From Octopus vulgaris (taxonomy: Eukaryota): a stretch of 64,000 nucleotides of DNA. The position numbers and the translations under genes are program-made. The stretch is from contig OX597816.1 in the NCBI GenBank assembly GCA_951406725.2, positions 141,608,001 through 141,672,000 of the forward strand. The letters run 5' to 3'. The notes beneath the pieces are model-generated. The model saw nothing but the letters and a program-made list of their open reading frames with translations, had not been told where the DNA came from and searched no databases. Positions 1 to 13,529 of the stretch are shown here, piece by piece (position 1 is the first letter of the stretch; the number at the start of each line of letters is the position of its first letter).

Positions 1-19
1 AAGATATATATATTAAAAA

Positions 20-300
20 GTATAAATTAAAACTATTTGAACTATTTGCTTCCATAAAATAGTTAACTAAAGGCCTGTTTGCTTATATAAAACAATGAAC
101 AGTTTGCCAATATAAAACAGATGAAGAAAGTTTTATTTGTTTATATAAAACAGACGAAGGGTTTGTTTGCCTTTATAAAACAGACAATAACAGGTTTGTT
201 TGTATATATAAAACAAGCAATGAAAAGTTTGTTTGCCTATAATAACAGACACTAAAAGTTCGTTTGCCTATATTAAACATAAAAAAAGGGTTGCCTACAT
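20..300. repeat. Degenerate ~25-32-bp minisatellite
   Basis: Repeated GTTTGTTTGCCTATATAAAACAGAC-like units. Confidence 0.75.
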
Positions 301-630
301 AGGCGCAGGAGTGGCTTTGTGGTAAGTAGCTTACTAACCAACCACATGGTTCCAGGTTCAGTCCCACTGCGTGGCATCTTGGGCAACTGTCTTCTGCTAT
401 AGCCTCGGGCCGACCAAAGCCTTGTGAGTGGATTTGGTAGACGGAAACTGAAAGAAGCCTGTCGTATATATGTATATATATATGTATGTGTGTGTGTATG
501 TTTGTGTGTCTGTGATTGTCCCTCTAGCATTTTTGTCCCTCTAGCATTGACAACCGATGCTGGTGTGTTTATGTCCCTGTCACTTAGCAGTTCGACCGAT
601 AGAATAAGTACTGGGCTTACAAAGAATAAG
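301..630 (+). mobile_element. tRNA-derived SINE family A (CORE-like motif, central microsatellite)
   Basis: A-box-like TGGCTTTGTGG, B-box-like GGTTCAGTCCC, CTTGGGCAA motif; many near-identical copies in the window. Confidence 0.85.
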
Positions 631-769
631 TATGTGTGTGTGTACAAAGAATAAGTGTGTGTGTGTGTGTGTGTGTGTGTACATATATTAACAATGGAGC
701 AATGCAAGAAGGTACTTACACAACAACTTTCTTTAAAGTTATACCTCATGATGCTTCACCAAAACTACC

Positions 770-770
770 T

Positions 771-802
<32 letters not shown>

Positions 803-851
803 CAGACAGATAGACAGATAGATAGACAAATAGATAGAAAGATAGACAGAC

Positions 852-896
<45 letters not shown>
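770..896. repeat. (TA)n(GATA/GACA)n microsatellite
   Basis: Directly visible. Confidence 0.95.
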
Positions 897-2452
897 CAGG
901 GTGCATCAGTTTTTTGAGGTCATTTATATGAGTTTAGAACGAGACACATAGCTCATCAAAGAAAAGCTGTATTTGAAAGCAAATAGGTCAAAATAATCTT
1001 GAGAACCCTTTTACTACACTATTCAATGACTCCACCAACACCAATGGCTGCTTCAATACAGCAGTGGGAGTGCTGACATGCCTGAATCAGATGATCTTTA
1101 CCAATTTCAGATATGGTTATGGCAAACTTGAGAGCTTGTATAGTGTTATGGGTGTGTTGGTTGACCTCTCTCTCAACTACTGCCCAAATATAATAGTTTA
1201 GTCGATTGAAGTCTGATGAGGTGAGCTAGGAGGCCGTGTGTCTGGGAGAATATGATTATGGAGATTGCCACACATTCATGCTCGGGTTGTCCTAGTCTTA
1301 TGAGAAGTACAGTCTTCTGTTGTGTACTCTGTCTATCCGGGGCCTCACAACATTCTCCAACACTTCTGTGGAGACAGTGGCACTGACTCTTAAGCTCTGT
1401 GAATACAAGTGAAGAGGTATGACATCTCCTTCATTGTTGATGACTCTTTGAAGCATTAGTGTTACTCTTTTAATTGTTTCAGTCATCTTGACTGTGGCCA
1501 TGCTGGAGCACTGCCTATTTAGTCGAGCAAATTGACCCCAGGACTTATTCTTTGTAAGCCTAGTACTTATTCTATCGGTCTTTTTTGCCGAACCGCTAAG
1601 TTACGGGGACGTAAACACACCACCATCGGTTGTCAAGCGATGTTGGGGGGAAAACCACAAACACATAAACACACACAGACATACATATATATATACATAT
1701 ATACGACGGGCTTCTTTCAGTTTCCGTCTACCAAATCCACTCACAAGGCTTTGGTGGGCCTGAGGCTATAGTTGAATGATACTTGCCCAAGGTGCCATGC
1801 AGTAGGAATGAACCCAGAACTCCTGTAATATAGTTGATAATATAGTATGCATGGCTGTTGGAACCTTATTTAGGTCTGCACAAGTATCTGTCGTTCGTTC
1901 AGTTTACTTTTTGGTCCTCATTGAAGTTTCTCTCATTGGTGTAAACCCAAAGCATTTCAGCCTCTTGGTGTTTTAACTTGTTTAATAAGCACTTTTCATG
2001 GATCAAATGATTCGCTCTTGTCATATCCAACATAAAGTGACCTCTCTGCGTCACATACAACTTGTACCAGATGCCCTCATGCACAGCTCTTCTGATTGGT
2101 GCATTCTGGAACCTCAAAGTCCTTGCAATGGCTCTGATTATTTCTTGGACATTTTGTACCAAGTTATGAGTTCTGATAAAGTTACGACTCTGTGTATACA
2201 TTTAGCTGCTGATGTTGTATCACAATCAGCATCTTCCAGCTTCTTTTGAATTCTGACAATGAAGGAATGCATAACTGTCAGGAAACAAACTATCTCTGTA
2301 TCACTATGATGCACTTTTAAGGTAACGATTACAGTATGCCTTTTCATTTATTGGGCCAGGTTAATTCAGTTGAGTAAGAAGTAGTGTAAAAAAATATTAG
2401 AAGAAAGTTAGAGCTTTTGAAACATGTGTCCTCAAAAATGGAGGCTTCTGCA
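897..2452 (-). mobile_element. Tc1/mariner-superfamily transposon relic (maT/DD37D-like), interrupted by a SINE
   Basis: TA-CAGGGTG terminus with a degenerate counterpart near 2425-2450. Minus-strand fragments MKRHTVIVTLK..., AIRRAVHEGI-like, and RPPSSP..NYYIWAVVERE (WPPxSPDLNPxD motif). Many frameshifts. Confidence 0.75.
1460..1822 (-). mobile_element. SINE family A, inside the Tc1/mariner relic
   Basis: Reverse complement of the family A consensus. Confidence 0.85.
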
Positions 2453-2664
2453 CAGATTTTGTCTATCAAATTCAATCAAAGCCTTGGACAGCTTGCATAA
2501 TATAGCTAATGAAAGTCTGTCTGTTAAAATATCAAATTAAAGGTCTCAATATTAAAAAATAATTATTTTACAGGTGTGAATAGCCACATGAAAACTTTAA
2601 AACCTAGTATAAAGGACAGTTTCTTGTATAAATGTATATTGTGGTATGATATATGATTTACCAT

Positions 2665-3020
2665 TTATCTTTTACTTGTTTTAATCATTGGATTGCAGAC
2701 TTGCTGGGGCACCACCTTGAAAAATTTAGTCAAACAAATTGACCCCGTACTTATATTCTATCAATCTCAATATGTGGAACTGCTAAGTTATGGAGACATA
2801 AACAAACCAATGCTGGTTGTCAAGTGGTAGTGGAGAACAAACACAAAGACAGAGACACATGCTCGTGCACACACACATGTATATGACAAGTTTTGTTCAG
2901 TTTCTGTCTACCAAATCCATTCACAAGGTTGGCACTAGCTCAATGTGCCAAGTAGTGAGACTGAACTCAGAATCATGATTAGAAAATAAACTTCATACTA
3001 CACAATCACACCTGCACCTA
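2665..3020 (-). mobile_element. SINE family A, degenerate
   Basis: Colinear with the other copies. Confidence 0.7.
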
Positions 3021-4249
3021 CAGAGAATAAAAAACAATATGATATATATAGGGGTGGGACAAATTTTGTCTGCTCTAAAGGTTTATAGAAGATGCTTTCT
3101 CAAGATGAATGCCACAGTTCTGTGGCTTTCTATGATATATCCACATTGAGTAAGACATACAGAATGCTATTTTGAAATAACATTGCTTCTGTTGCTATTA
3201 ATGAATTTTATCACTCTGATTTTATTTTATGGTTTGGTCTAGAGGAACTTTCCTTGGCAATGATAAGTTCCAGTCCATTATCTTAGCTATATGCATAGAC
3301 ACTTGTTATGTCTACGACTTTATAAAAAGACAACCTAGACAACTTACATTGCAATTATTCATATTGTAGTAAAATATAATACATTACATATTTATTTACT
3401 GAACAATGAAAAACATTAGATTTTTGGGAATTATTTTGGTTTTTATATAAAAGAATGAAAGCAATTTTGGATTTTATTTCAAATTTCTCCATCATTTTTC
3501 TGAAAGGAGAGATTCTTATTTTAACCTTTTCATAACCCATGTTACTAAACCATTTTCTGTCAACCATTCATTCTGTATTTAAGCTTTATAGATTAAATTT
3601 TCTATATTAACATTTTACTACATACTACACCATTTTAATTGTTATCATTTCATAGCAAATTTATTATCACTTAAAATATTTTTTTGCACTATTACAACAG
3701 GTTATAAAGATCAATATATTTATTTGTATTTCTAAACAATAACCCCAGTAAAGAACCAACTCTAAGTATTTACAAGCTGTCAGCCAATATTTTTCTTTAT
3801 TTCAATGCTTGTTAGCTTAATTCACAAGATTTTGGACTTCTGCCCAACCAATTCTTACCATACATTTTTCTCCACATTTCTATACAAACTGTCTGCAGAC
3901 TGTGTAGATGAATTTTGATGATCAACAAGTCAAAAATGTCTTTTACTTCTGAACTTGAACTGATTCTGTCAGGAAATCATACACCACCCAATTCATTCAA
4001 GTCAAAATAAGTGCTCTCCTGTCACCACACATAACAGATTGATGAACAACATTTCTGAAATTTCATATAAACAATTTGTGGCCCCATTCTTTGTTTTATG
4101 TCAGGAGTTGTTCAGAGCCAAAAACAACCAAATCATTATCATCAATGTTATGTCCATTTTACCATGCTTGTATGAGTAGTAGTAGTCATTGTAACAGCAG
4201 CAGCAGTAGTAGTAGTAGTACATGGCCAATTAATGTAACCAAGGATGTT

Positions 4250-4945
4250 GGAAGTAAGGAACACTTGGTTGTAGCTGACTGACTGACACCTGAAACTCAG
4301 TTGCTAGTTATAGCCACCTATAAGCAAGTCATTAGAATGAACTTGATAAAGACTGATAAAACTCAGTCAGAGAGCAAACGCAGAATCTGTGGGAAAGGAG
4401 ATGAATGTATTAAACATTCCTTAAATGAATGCAGTAAGCTAGCACAAAAACAATATAAGTACAGGTACAACTGTATTGGTGAAAGAATGCATTGGAATAT
4501 TAACTATGAGAATTCAAAGTAGGAAAAAAGTGTTATGAACACAAGTCAGAGGCTGTGATAGCAGAATAATAATTACAGGATTTTATGGGATTTCTATCCT
4601 AGAAAGACAATAACTAAATAAATAAAATGCAATAAAAAATAAAAACCACAGTGTAGGATCATAAACGTTGCAATGCCATTTAATAATAGAGTGGATAACA
4701 AAGACATCAAGAAAAATGAGAATAATCAGGACCTAGCCAGAGAGAGATGAAGAGATTGTGGAAGGCTAAGATGACGATTATTCTTGTGGTAATTTATGCA
4801 CTTGATAGAAAACACAAACTCATATCTAAGAGGCTGAATGTTATTGGAATTGGGATACACTGTAGAATTACAGAAAAGTACGAACTTGCATTCTACAAAA
4901 ATTTTAAGAAGAATTCTTGAGATTTGAGGAGACTTATTGGCACCA
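4250..4945 (+). mobile_element. R4/Dong-type (RLE) LINE, C-terminal relic
   Basis: RICGKGDECIKHSLNECSKLAQKQYKYRYNCIGERMHW (decayed CCHC plus RHD-like motif) and downstream RLE-like fragments. Confidence 0.7.
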
Positions 4946-5199
4946 AACATCAAGATAACATCCCTGCCAACATAGTATGCAATAGTTTTGATGATCATGA
5001 TGAAGATGAAAATAAGGATGATGATGAAGATGATGAAGATGAAAATAAGGATGATGATGATAAGAATAACAACAATGACAATAATAATTTTCTATATATA
5101 AAGAAACAATGAGGTATAAACTTGAACTGAAGTAAAAGATTTGGAAGAGGATAAAACAAGAAAGGTAAAAAAAAAGCAAATGACAATATCACATTAGTA

Positions 5200-5840
5200 T
5201 TCAAAATAAACTAAAGAAAAACTGAAGATAAAAAAAAATAACCTACTTCATTGTTAATACCTTACAAAACTTGACAGAGAGGAAGTAAGCTAACAGTAAC
5301 TTAAAAGCTCTGGGCTAAAAGCAGAAACTGAAGGTCTGGTTTTAGCTTCTTAAGACTACTACCTAGACACAAACAACTATAAAAATAAAATGATGTAAAC
5401 ACACCAGACGATTTAGCAGGTACAACGAGATAATTGACCATATCATCTCTGGCTACCCAGGTCTTTGTCAAGTTCAAGAATATTCACAGACATGACTGAG
5501 TGGACAACTACGTGCACTTGGCAATATGCTGACACACTGACATGAAAATGGATATGAAGTAGTGGTACAAACATCTTCCAAACATAGTACATGACAATTG
5601 TCTGAGATATGCTTGTCCAGACTGGTAAGGAGATCAAGACAAACTATCCAGTAATAATATCATAAGCGTGGATGAAAATAGCTGTACAGTGACAGACACT
5701 TTGATCCCTTCTGACCAAGGTATTGTCTGAAAAGAAGTGGATAAACTTCTTGAAAATGAAATTAGTGGGATTTGAAACATGAAGGTGAAAGCAGTACAAA
5801 TAATAATTGGTATTAGGTATGATAAGAAAAAAACTCAACA
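5200..5840 (+). mobile_element. Second R4/Dong-type LINE relic
   Basis: GLKAETEGLVLA, IDHIISGYPGL and a RHD-like motif. Confidence 0.65.
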
Positions 5841-5844
5841 AACG

Positions 5845-6038
5845 TAGGCACACACGTGGCTGTATGGTAAGAAGCTTGCTTCCTAACCACATGGTTCAAG
5901 ATTCAGTCCCACTGCATGGCATCTTGGGTAAGTGTCTTCTACTATAGCCTCAAGCCAATCAAAGCCTTGTGAGATGATTTGGTAGATGGAAACTGAAAGA
6001 AGCCTGTAGTATCTATCTATCTGCCTGTCAGTCAGTCA

Positions 6039-6131
<93 letters not shown>

Positions 6132-6135
6132 TCTA

Positions 6136-6166
<31 letters not shown>

Positions 6167-6420
6167 GTATGTATATATCTATGTGTGTGTCTTTGTGTCT
6201 GTGTTTGTTCCCACCACCACCACCACCACCTGACAAGTTGGTGTTGGTGTGTTTACGTCTCCATAACTTAGCTGTTTGGCAAAAGAGACCAAAAGAATAA
6301 GTACTAAGCTTAAAAAAAAGGAAATCCAAGATGTTGATTTGTTTAACTAAAACCATTCAACATAGTGCCCCAGCATGGCCACAGTCAAATGGCTGAAACA
6401 AGTAAATAATAGAAGATAAA
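5845..6420 (+). mobile_element. SINE family A with an expanded (GTCT)n/(ATCT)n centre
   Basis: Head and tail both match the family. Confidence 0.85.
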
Positions 6421-7094
6421 GACAAAACTATACAAACCATAACAGAGTTCACTATATTCCACACTCTAAAAGATAGCTCTTCTAGGCACAGCCCACATTC
6501 TATGCAAAAGACTTTTAATTTCATAGCATAACTGAAAAAGTACACTCTGCACACAGTACATATTCTACACCATGACCATCCAGTAAAATAACACAATGCA
6601 AACTTCTACGAAACCAGCATTCATACTAAAACACAAACTACTCACACAATTCTTATTCTACACAGTTGCAGCCCATTAATTTTTGCACAAACTGTGTACA
6701 ATATGCTTTACTCAATCACCTCCTGACATTAAAACACAACTCCAATCACACAGCATATGTCAAACACAAAAGCCAGTTTTTCTCAACCATTTTTTACCTA
6801 TGAATCCCTTCGATTCCTTTTTTTTCTCAGCTGGACCCTCTTAGCCATTTGGACACTTTATTTCATGTTACTCCAGTCCACTCAGCTGGCAAAAATGAGT
6901 AGCACCTGTAATTCAAAGGACCAGCCTTGTCACATTGAATCTTCCTGAGAACTACTTTAAGGGTACACAAGTCTGTGGAGTACTCAACCACTTGCATGTT
7001 AATTTCATGAGCTGGCTGTCCATGGATCAGATCAACTGGAACACTCATTGTCATAACTGACAGAGGGCCAGTTATTAGGAACAGTATAAAAAAG

Positions 7095-7304
7095 TTACTC
7101 TTTCACTTGTTTCAGTCATTTGACTGTAGCCATGCTGGAGCACTGCCTTTAGTCGAGCAAATCGACCGCAGGACTTATTCTTTGTAAGCCTAGTACTTAT
7201 TCTATTGGTCTCTTTTGCCGAACCGCTAAGTTACAGGGATGCAAATACACCACTATTGGTTGTCAAGCAATGTTGGGGAGACAAACACAGACACACAAAC
7301 ATAT

Positions 7305-7373
<69 letters not shown>

Positions 7374-7537
7374 ACGGGCTTCTTTCAGTTTCTGCCTACC
7401 AAATCCACTAACAAGGCCTTGGTCAGCTTGAGGCTATAGTAGAAGACACTTGCCCAAGGTGCCATGCAGTTGGGATGAACCCGGAACCATGTGGTTGGTA
7501 AGCAAGCTACTTACCACACAGTCACTCCTGCGCCTAT
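7095..7537 (-). mobile_element. SINE family A, full length
   Basis: Head and tail match; (CA)n(TA)n centre. Confidence 0.9.
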
Positions 7538-7689
7538 GCTGTAAAAATATTTTGTCTATTGTAGAAGTATAACCAATTTAATGCAGATAAATTTTTACAG
7601 CAAAATCTTATACGGATTCTCAAGGACCACATGATCTAAACAATAAATAAAACACTAAAGTCACACCAGAATCACTAACCCAAATACCC

Positions 7690-8730
7690 CAACACTGATG
7701 TAGTATACAATCTTAATTCTACATTTCCAGGAAACAATGCAACATGGAGGTGCTCTTGGTGCAGCAGCATCTCACAAAACTGTTGAAAGCATTTTATGAT
7801 AACGACGACGATACCACCACGACCACCACTACAACAACAATTTTCTTTGTATAAATGACTAGCATGTGCGTTTGGATGAAGTGTTCCATGCATAGGGTTT
7901 TTCTCAATCTAATGCATCCATTTCCTTTTTTTGTCCAGTTCACTATTCCAGCACTATAATACATAATGGTAACTATCCAAGCATTTCATCACATTTATCA
8001 GATTCCTTGAATTAATTTTGGACATCAAAACAAGTTTTAATCTCTCTATATTGTTTTCTTCAGTTTCTTCATTTCCTGTTGCATTATATCATCGAGTTTC
8101 AGTATGTCTAGTTACTTGTATCCATTCTTACCAGGTTTTAAGATCTGTTCTTTCAGTAAGCTTATTCCATTAAAATGAGAATTCTTCATGGCTAAAGTTG
8201 CACATTTTGATATACCAAACTCCATCCTAATATTATTGCAGCACATCTTTACTATATTAACAACTGAACTGATCTCCTTTTAAAACTTTGTAATATATAT
8301 AAAAGTTATAAATGAAGGATAGCTGGTTTAGAAGGTAAATTTCTTCCTAGTTTGTGACCTATGCTGATGTGTTTTAAGTCAGTGAGATAAATATGAGTGC
8401 AATGACAAATAACAAGGGGGAGAAAGAGTCACCCTGGAAGATACTCACTAGCATAGCTAAAGGTAGACTGAGGGGGTGGCCTGCTCTTTTATGGGGACGG
8501 CATCACTTTTGGGTCTGCTGTAGGCTCTAAGCCTGTATAGGCTGTATTGAAATAATCAAATAATAGTGGTTTTAATGTTGGGACACTACTCACCATTAAA
8601 TGCAACAATTGATATAGTCACTGTGCAGTATGTATTTTTTGTGGGGGCCTGGGGGTGGCAAATGGAAGGACTGCCCCAGGCAGAACACACTCTAGCTACA
8701 CCATTGAAGATACTTCTTTTAACAGCTACA
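7690..8730 (-). mobile_element. R4/Dong-type LINE RT relic, split by the hAT MITE
   Basis: SIFQGDSFSPLLFVIAL, NNIRMEFGISKCATLAMK and MHGTLHPN..HLY. Confidence 0.75.
8446..8706. mobile_element. hAT-type MITE with 8-bp target-site duplication
   Basis: AAGATACT at both 8438-8445 and 8707-8714; degenerate TIRs CACTAGCATAGCTA / TAGCTACACCATTG. Splits a LINE RT motif (VAVKR|SIFQGD). Confidence 0.75.
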
Positions 8731-10520
8731 CTTTCCAGGGGTGGGGGAAGTTTATTACATCAACCTCAGTGCTCAACTGGTACTTATTTTGAAAGGATGA
8801 AAGTTGACCCTTGTGACATTTGAAACAAGTAAACGTTTGTCAAAATCTAGACCACAACACTAATATCCCTAGATGAAAAGATGGGGAAAAAAGTTCAGTT
8901 CAACTTGTCATGATAAATACAGTCAATACAATTGTACTAGGCATTCACCTGAAAAGAACAAGACACTCAACTACAAGAAGTCGCTAAATATGACAAAAAT
9001 GAAAGGTTGCACTCAAGAGGTAAGAAGCACTGAAATAAGTATCTAGCTACAGATTCCTTGACATCCATGAGCACACTGAGCACAAAACATGCATGCTTTG
9101 CAGACAGATATAACAAAAGAAGTCAAAGAATGAAAGAAAGAATTAAAATGGAGAAAAGTCAAAAACGTGAACCCAGCATATGAACTGAAACACCTTCATG
9201 CACTTTGAAAACAGAATAAACTGGAATGCAACAAACAGCAGTGTTACTCCTGACTCTAATTAAGCAGTTAGATGGGCAAACTGAAAGCCTGATGATTATT
9301 GCTCAGGATGATTATAAGAAATTCCCCACTGTGGCTGCAGTTGAATGACTGAAATAAGTAAAAGATATCTTGGAGAATGTCCATGTATGAAGTCCATAAA
9401 ATAGCATTCCTAAGAAGTTCTCATGTTCTGTGTAAAACACTAGATATTCAGTACACTACAGAAGCATTGCATTTCAGAAAAATCTTGCTGTAACAAAGGA
9501 TTTTGTGATATGAAAGGTATTTCTCACTGACTTCCAGATTCAATGGAAGCCAGGCTTCATGTTATGGAATTCCATGGTTATAACAAGGCGTTCATATACA
9601 TAGTGTTTCCATTATGTGGAAACAAAACCTGTATGTATAAGTAAAGGTAAAAAAAAAAAGGTTTGCAACCAAATCAACTCTAGAACTGTAAAAAGGCTTA
9701 AGTATGCTGGGATATATACTGTTCTCTTAACAGCGATGAGAACAATAATAATGACTTATTTTATTTTAATAATAATAATAAAGGTTTCTGTCACATAGTG
9801 ATTTAATAATAATATAAAATAACTCATTTACAGTGTCTGCTTTAATGATGTAGTTTCTATTTTTGTTATTTTTGATATCTCTTTCATTAAACATTCAAAC
9901 TCTCCCCCTACCAAGACTGAAATGTTATTTATGAGCCAATTTGTAGAAGATAATCTTCTCAGTTCAAAAGTTCATGTAAGAATATATAATTTCAGACTAA
10001 ATGATTAATAATAAATAAAAGCACCAGTCATTCTCTCTCAAGGAAAGCAATAAAACTTATATATACATATATATTTATATATCTTTAGTTACTCTACAAA
10101 TGTATTATACTCACTGTTTTTTTTTTTTTACTAAGCACACATTCTACCTTGTACACTATTAAATTAAACTTCTGTATGTATGCATAAACATGCATACATA
10201 CATACAGAAATACATGTGTGTGTATATGTGTGTGTACATTAAAATGATCATACACACACACACACACACAATCATATTAATACCCATTTTTTTCACACTT
10301 GCACGTTCCAGATGAAATTCAGTGAGCCAGATTTTCACTGCCTGGAAGCTCTTCCTGCTGACAAACCTCATCTTTTTCCAGGTAAGGTAATATTTCCTCT
10401 GGCTTTCTGGGCACAAATGGCACAATGAGTGGACATGAACGACGTCACTTGTATGGTGGAGATATTTGTTCACAAGTTGTATGCAATAAGGGGACATGAA
10501 CACATACTCCCACACACTTT

Positions 10521-10551
<31 letters not shown>

Positions 10552-10958
10552 TACTTAAATCTATGCTCCTTTTAGTTTCTATCAATTAAATCCATTCACA
10601 CATGGCTGAAGTAGAAGTGCTGTGCACTAGGAACGAATCCAGAACCCTGTGGCTGCAAGGCAAACTTCTTAGTCATGCAGTCAGGTCTACAACATGCACA
10701 CATATATGTATATAAACTGGCGGTTACAACATTGAGGACTCCAGCTGATCTGATCAATAGAATAGCCTGCTCATGAAATTAATGTGCAAGTGGTTGAGCA
10801 CTCCACAGACATGTGTATCCTTAGGGAGATTCAGTGTGATACAAAATGTGACAAGGATGGCCCTTTAATTTACAGGCACTACTCATTTTTGCCAGCTGAG
10901 TGAAATGGAACAATGTGAAATATCCCTTGGTTGTTATAACTGCTAACTCTGCTTACCT

Positions 10959-10991
<33 letters not shown>

Positions 10992-10999
<8 letters not shown>

Positions 11000-11277
11000 A
11001 TCACGTGACCGACCAGACCATCAGATGTTGTTACACATCGCTGGTCACAATGCGTTCGCATTGTTTTAGCCTTTGAATGACGCCACCCAGCTAGCTAAAC
11101 AAGCAGGCCAACAGAAGAAACTGTGGGAGAAAGAGTGGTGAAAGAGTACAGCAGGGATCACCACCCCCTGCCGGAGACTCGTGGAGCTTCTAGGTGTTTT
11201 CGCTCAATAAACACTCACAACGCCCGGTCTGGGAATCGAAACCACTGCCCTAACCACTGGGCCATTGCGCCTCCACA
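10992..11277 (-). mobile_element. tRNA-derived SINE, single copy of a further family
   Basis: Minus strand TGGCCCAGTGGTTAG..GGTTTCGATTCCC; ends in the palindrome TCACGTGATCACGTGA inside (TA)n. Confidence 0.7.
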
Positions 11278-11317
11278 TATATATATATGTATGTATGTAC
11301 GTACGTACGTACGTACA

Positions 11318-11351
<34 letters not shown>

Positions 11352-11560
11352 CTAGGGCTGCTGAAAAGTGCCTGGCTTTAAGGGTTTCAAAAGGCCTGGT
11401 CAGAGGCCCAGCCTTCCAAGTCATTTTACAAGGTTTAAAAAAACTGAAGGATCACTGTAATAAGTGTGTGAATCTGAGAGGTGAATATGTTGAATAAAAT
11501 CATAATTAACTGATCCCACATTTTCCTTTACCCAAAGCCAGAAACTTTTCAGCACCCTCT
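11352..11560. mobile_element. mariner-derived MITE
   Basis: Terminal inverted repeats AGGGCTGCTGAAAAGTGCCTGGCTTT / AAAGCCAGAAACTTTTCAGCACCCT flanked by TA; internal mariner C-terminal remnant (KCVNLRGEYVE). Confidence 0.7.
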
Positions 11561-11564
11561 TACA

Positions 11565-11617
<53 letters not shown>

Positions 11618-12109
11618 GCAATCTAGAGTATAACCAGCTGAAATTGCAAAGATAATCTGGAACTCGACTGAGGAAAGAAAACTCTGAATAACCTGTCCTT
11701 GTTTTCTTTATATCATCTATCTGGACGTTTTGTTGTCCCTTTTTTGTATCACCTAACTGTCTGGATGTTTTGCATTCTTGTCCCATTTTGTATTATATAT
11801 ACACACACACATACACACATGCACTCTCCCTCTCTCTCTGTCTCACAAAAAGACCTCACAGACAATCTATCTTACTATGGTGGTATATTAAATGCATTGC
11901 ACCCAACCATTGAAATAAAGTGGATGGCAATATGAAGGTTATTTAGTTATAAAAGCCCTACCACAACTCATAATATGCACAACAAAAATGACTGGAGACT
12001 TTCTCTGTTGTTGCATAAAGAAAGGGACAGGGATAAGAAAATGTGTTGGAACAGAACCATACAACCCATGCTGGCATAGTTAAAAAAAAAAAGTAAAATG
12101 AAGATTATT

Positions 12110-12370
12110 CTCCCCTCAGGTGAAGTGTATTGTCTTACAAGTTATTAGGTAACCTCATTGCTGTTTGTGCCCCATGAAAAGCACACAGTACACTGTAAAC
12201 TGGTTGGCATTAAGAAGGATATCTATTCATAGAAATCATGCCAAAGCAGATAACAGAGTTTGGTACAATCTTCTGACTTGCCACATTCTGTCAAACTGTC
12301 CAACCCACGCCAGCATGGAAAACATACATTACATGATGATGATGGTGGTGGTGATGATGATGTTGAGGAG
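12110..12370 (+). mobile_element. Degenerate RTE 3'-terminal fragment (similar ones at ~49340-49550 and ~38620-38800)
   Basis: GTCAAACTGTCCAACCCACGCCAGCATGGAAAA..(ATG)n. Confidence 0.6.
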
Positions 12371-12950
12371 GAGGATAATGATGTTGGTGGCAGTTGATTT
12401 TAAATCAATAAAATTAAATATGTATTATTACATATAGACAAATCAATATGAATTATATGTGTTGCACACACAAAGACTGATCTAAGTAATGCATTGTATG
12501 ATGTATTCATATACATCAGAAGATGAATGATGAGTATATGAAATATAAGTAGCATATATTTTTAAAATTCAGACAGCATATATAAATGTATATGTGTAAA
12601 GTAACTTCTATAAAGTACTGAAAAGTTCTGAAAAGTACTGGAACTTTTTAGCACTCTCTCACAATGTATGTAATATCAGAATAACAAAACTGATATAGAG
12701 TGTGTACAGCATACATTAATACCTAAAAGAGAGTATGTGTATTAAATATAAACACATATATGTAAAGAAACTCGTATAAACCATATGTAGTGTATATAAA
12801 CACATTAGGCTAAGTGACAAGTGTAAAATACGTCATGCATATAAAATATGTGTAGTGTATATATAGACACCTGAGTAAATAATGAAGTAAGTTTTAGTAA
12901 TATTACTTGTTTTATGTGTGGATATATAAATGTGTAATGTATATAAGCAT

Positions 12951-13310
12951 GTGAAGGTGCATAGCTTGGTGGTTAGAGCATCGGGCTTACAATTGTGAGG
13001 TTGTGAATTCAATTCTCGGATCAGGTTGTGTGTTGTGTTTTTGAGCAAAACACTTTATTTCATTGGGCACTAGTTCACTGAGCTGTAGAAATGAGTTGCG
13101 ACATCACTAGTGCCAAGCTGTAATGGATTTTGCCCTTCCTTTGGACACCATTGCTGGTGGGGAGAGGGGAGAAGGAAGACAGAAATGGATAAGCAAGTAG
13201 ACAAGTGTTAGGCTTCCACGAACAACCTGGCCTGGACCCGTGCCTTAGAAGGGAACTTTCTAGGTACAATGCCATGGTCATTCGTGACCAAAGGGAGTCT
13301 TTACCCTTTT
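12951..13310 (+). mobile_element. tRNA-derived SINE family C (second copy at ~18385-18695)
   Basis: tRNA-like head similar to family B, with a distinct body ending GGGAACTTTCTAGG..GGGAGTCTTTACC in both copies. Confidence 0.75.
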
Positions 13311-13429
13311 GCCCTATATAAACATATTAGTACAAAGTAACTAATATGCAGTAACTGTTGTGTATATATACACGTCAACGGAATAATGAAGTAACTTTTA
13401 ACCACATTGCTTGTGAAGTGTATATATTA

Positions 13430-13484
<55 letters not shown>

Positions 13485-13487
<3 letters not shown>

Positions 13488-13529
13488 CTGATGATTTCAT
13501 TTGAATGAAACAGTTCTAGTCCTGTAGAA
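13485..13529 (+). ncRNA. Degenerate type I hammerhead motif
   Basis: TTC-CTGATGA-T TTCA TT TGAA T-GAA-ACAG(TTCTAGTC)CTGT-A-GAA. The first stem II pair is a U.U mismatch. AATAAA at 13543-13548. Confidence 0.4.

Noticed and set aside
9600-9700. Minus-strand VLELIW resembling the expected ILESLW exon start
   Set aside because: The acceptor phase is wrong, it runs into a T homopolymer and then a stop, and there is no GTALLNF-like continuation.
11675-11700. CTGAGGA..GAAT hammerhead-like boxes
   Set aside because: The GAAA box is absent and the stems are unconvincing; probably part of an unclassified repeat at 11612-11795.
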